Assembly (NCBI GenBank): GCA_041739215.1
Contig: JBGSOI010000029.1
Coordinates: forward strand, 4,820-68,819
Direction of reading: 5' to 3'
DNA length: 64,000 nt
From: Akkermansiaceae bacterium
GTDB taxonomy: Bacteria > Verrucomicrobiota > Verrucomicrobiia > Verrucomicrobiales > Akkermansiaceae
In this document: positions 61,465-64,000 of the stretch, piece by piece
How positions within the stretch are numbered: position 1 is the stretch's first letter
Layout: each line of letters starts with the position of its first letter
Notes under the pieces: model-generated
What the model was told of the DNA's origin: nothing
What the model saw: the letters and a program-made list of their open reading frames with translations, nothing else
Databases searched by the model: none
Position numbers and translations under genes: made by a program

Positions 61465-63099
61465 CTAACGGCGGCCTTGCTGATAGAGATCCTCCGCCTG
61501 CTTGAGGGTGACCTCGTAAAGAGTTCCCTCGATCGGAACCATCAACGGGATCCGCCCGAGCTGCGGATCCACCGGGAACTGCTGCACCAACCGGGGCGCA
61601 CGCTCGAACGCGTCCGCCAGCAGAGTGATCCGGAACATCCCTTCGTAGCGAAGGGTCCTGGACGCGCGCGCGGAGGCTTGGGCTTCCAGTTGGCGCGCTG
61701 CCAGATTCAAAGCCAGGCGACTGGACAACGAGGTGGAGCTATCAGTCTGTTTTCCATCCTTGATGCGCCTGGCCGCCTTGCTCAGGGTGAAATCCATCTC
61801 GTCGGTTTTGGACCCCGAATCATCGGGTTCAGAATCGTCGCCATTGAAAATCGTCGAGCCGCCGACTAGCGCGCGGTTTTCCGCCGCAGCCTTGGATTCC
61901 TCCGTCGTTGGCAATCTCACGCGCATGTTTCCCTCAAGGGTGAACAGATCATCGGCCTTCAAATTCACATCAATCACTTCCATTCCGCCACCAGTCGTTT
62001 TCAGGTAAAACGAGCCCTCGCGAAAATCCACCCGATGGTAGTTCCGCACGTAGTCCAAGTCGGAAAGCGCTTTGAGCAGGTGGATCCGCTGCCGCAACGA
62101 GATCGAATCCTGGCCATCCAGAGTGACCTTTCCCGCGAAGCCGATGCCCTCCAGCGAATTGGTCGATCCCGTGACCCGAAAGTCCCCGGAGATAGAACCT
62201 TCGATGAAACTCCTCATGACCGCCGGCACAATGTCCTCAATTGCCAGATTGCGGATCCTGGCCGAGCCGTCGACGGTCGGACGCTCACCTGCGGCGACCT
62301 TCAAGCCGGAAAAATCGACGGTGCCCAGTCCCCGCTTGAACTCGGCCTTTTCAAAAACCAGACCTCCCGGGGCAACCTCGACCACCAGATTGACGATCTG
62401 CAGATTCCGCAACCAATTTTGCGAGAAGGTTCCGCCGGTGAACGTCAGCTTCAGCCCTTCCTCCATGCGTTGGATCTTGAGCAAACTGTGGTCTATGGAC
62501 CCCCGGGTGCGGTCGGAATAACCCCAGCGCAAATTTGCGTCGGCGACCTCCAGCGTTTTGATCTCCACCCTCGGGGATCTATCAAAAACTGCCTTGGCCA
62601 GCAATTGCGCCGATTCCGCATCGTCAGCGCCGGCCCGGAGTTCCAGATCGAGCGTCGAGATGGAAATGGTCCCCGTGTCCCATTTCCCGCTGAAACCATC
62701 GAGCAGGCCCATCTTGCCGCGGATGTTCCGTGCCTCCAGCGAAGTGAAGAATGCTTCGTCGCCCCCTTGGCAGGCGAGCCGGTTGATTCCGAGCTGACCG
62801 TAGCTCCGACTGAATCCCGTGAGTTCGATCTCCGAGGCGAACAGACCCTCTTTAAGCGAATCCTCAAATCCGTCCTTGAACTGGGTCGTACCGGTCACTT
62901 TGACCAAATACACCCATCCACCTATCGCAACCACCAACAGGAAAATGAGAACCCGGGAAACCATCCGCAACAAGTGGAACATGAGCGTCCCCTTGTTCCC
63001 GCTGCCGGTCATCGAGTAACGGATCTGGAACCAAAACCCTTGATTGGCCACCCATTGGCTCAGGCGTTCATTAAAATTTTGCGATTGCTCGGATTCCAT
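61465..63099 (-). CDS. membrane-anchored beta-rich protein, possibly AsmA-like
   Basis: One N-terminal TM followed by alternating amphipathic beta strands; C-terminal PLMVPIEGTL. Confidence 0.55.
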   Translation of the reverse strand: MESEQSQNFNERLSQWVANQGFWFQIRYSMTGSGNKGTLMFHLLRMVSRVLIFLLVVAIGGWVYLVKVTGTTQFKDGFEDSLKEGLFASEIELTGFSRSYGQLGINRLACQGGDEAFFTSLEARNIRGKMGLLDGFSGKWDTGTISISTLDLELRAGADDAESAQLLAKAVFDRSPRVEIKTLEVADANLRWGYSDRTRGSIDHSLLKIQRMEEGLKLTFTGGTFSQNWLRNLQIVNLVVEVAPGGLVFEKAEFKRGLGTVDFSGLKVAAGERPTVDGSARIRNLAIEDIVPAVMRSFIEGSISGDFRVTGSTNSLEGIGFAGKVTLDGQDSISLRQRIHLLKALSDLDYVRNYHRVDFREGSFYLKTTGGGMEVIDVNLKADDLFTLEGNMRVRLPTTEESKAAAENRALVGGSTIFNGDDSEPDDSGSKTDEMDFTLSKAARRIKDGKQTDSSTSLSSRLALNLAARQLEAQASARASRTLRYEGMFRITLLADAFERAPRLVQQFPVDPQLGRIPLMVPIEGTLYEVTLKQAEDLYQQGRR

Positions 63100-63203
63100 A
63101 ATTCAACTCGCCTTGCAGCCGCGCCAGTAAAACGACCCGCCGACGCTGAGGCGAGGGAAATTTACCCTCGCACAGCCACCTTTCATTCCCTACCACCCGC
63201 CCC

Positions 63204-63983
63204 GTGGAAGCCAACGACTACAAAGTCCGCCTCGAAATTTTTGAAGGCCCTCTCGATCTCCTGCTCTACCTCATCAAAAAGGATGAGGTGGACATCCATT
63301 CAATCTCCATCGAGCGGATCACCCGCCAATATCTCGACTACATCAACACCTTCAAGCTGCTCAACATCGACCTCGCCTCCGAGTTCATCGTGATGGCCGC
63401 GAACCTGATGTATCTGAAAAGCCGGACGCTCCTGCCGCGGGTCGATCAACCGCCCGAGGAAGATGCCGAGGACGACGACCCGCGTTGGGAACTCATCCGC
63501 CAGCTAATCGAATACAAGAAATTCAAGGACGCCGCCGGTTTCCTGTGCCTCCGCGAAATGGAGCAGGAAGGTCGCTTCGCCCATCAGCCGGATGCATCGG
63601 AAAAGCCTCCGGAGGAACCTGCCACGCTGGCGGAGGTCTCGATCTTCGACCTCATCCGGGCTTTCCAGAACGTATTGAAGCGCTTCGAGGAAACCCACGA
63701 CTTCGGCGACATCATCGACGACCGCTACACCGTTTCCGACAAAATCGATCTTCTGCTAGGCCACTTCAAACCCGGCGAATCCCGCCGTTTCGAGGCGCTC
63801 TTCCAATCGGCAACCACCAAAGCCGAGGTCATCGTTACTTTCCTCGCGCTGCTGGAACTGATGAAGCTCAACCAGTTTGTGGTCCGCCAGAGCGAGCTGC
63901 TGGGCGACATCGTCATCGAACGGCGTGACAATTCGTCTGTCGCCGCACTCGAAGCCGCCGAAGTCGGGGCGGACTACGCGTGA
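63204..63983 (+). CDS. scpA: segregation and condensation protein A
   Basis: FEGPLDLLLYLI, EFIVMAA..L.KSR.LLP, LIEYKKFK, TFLALLEL. Confidence 0.95.
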   Translation: MEANDYKVRLEIFEGPLDLLLYLIKKDEVDIHSISIERITRQYLDYINTFKLLNIDLASEFIVMAANLMYLKSRTLLPRVDQPPEEDAEDDDPRWELIRQLIEYKKFKDAAGFLCLREMEQEGRFAHQPDASEKPPEEPATLAEVSIFDLIRAFQNVLKRFEETHDFGDIIDDRYTVSDKIDLLLGHFKPGESRRFEALFQSATTKAEVIVTFLALLELMKLNQFVVRQSELLGDIVIERRDNSSVAALEAAEVGADYA

Positions 63984-64000
63984 GGTGATCAGGACAACCG

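Overview
64 kb of a moderately GC-rich bacterial chromosome that looks verrucomicrobial (Luteolibacter-like). This assignment is inferred from the DUF1549/DUF1553-DUF1501 pair, the Verru_Chthon-like pilin trio, the XylR architecture and the ACIII operon. Most of the window is housekeeping: thiH, dprA, mutL, ftsY, creBC, xylR-xylA, dtd, carA, purA, uppS, galE, nuoBC, gluQ, pyrG, kdsB, tgt-yajC-secDF, metF, scpA. I found no rRNA, tRNA, CRISPR array or transposase. The centrepiece is a ~17.9-kb minus-strand respiratory cluster (12716-30600). It joins alternative complex III (actABCDEF plus an ActG-like/cytochrome c gene) to an A-family haem-copper oxidase. Between them sit a cbb3 CcoN-like gene that has lost five of six metal-binding histidines and the cross-linked tyrosine, and a CcoO-like cytochrome with Cys where the axial Met normally is. 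The A-family subunit I appears to lack the K-channel lysine, and subunit III carries a ~355-aa insertion. Perfect Rex-type operators precede this cluster and nuoBC. Other notable items are a triple cre-tag upstream of creB, a secreted Cys-rich tandem-repeat protein, a 165-bp hairpin element inside the respiratory cluster, and dispersed heptamer/nonamer repeats, one of them inside mutL. All family calls come from recognising motifs by eye, not from database searches.
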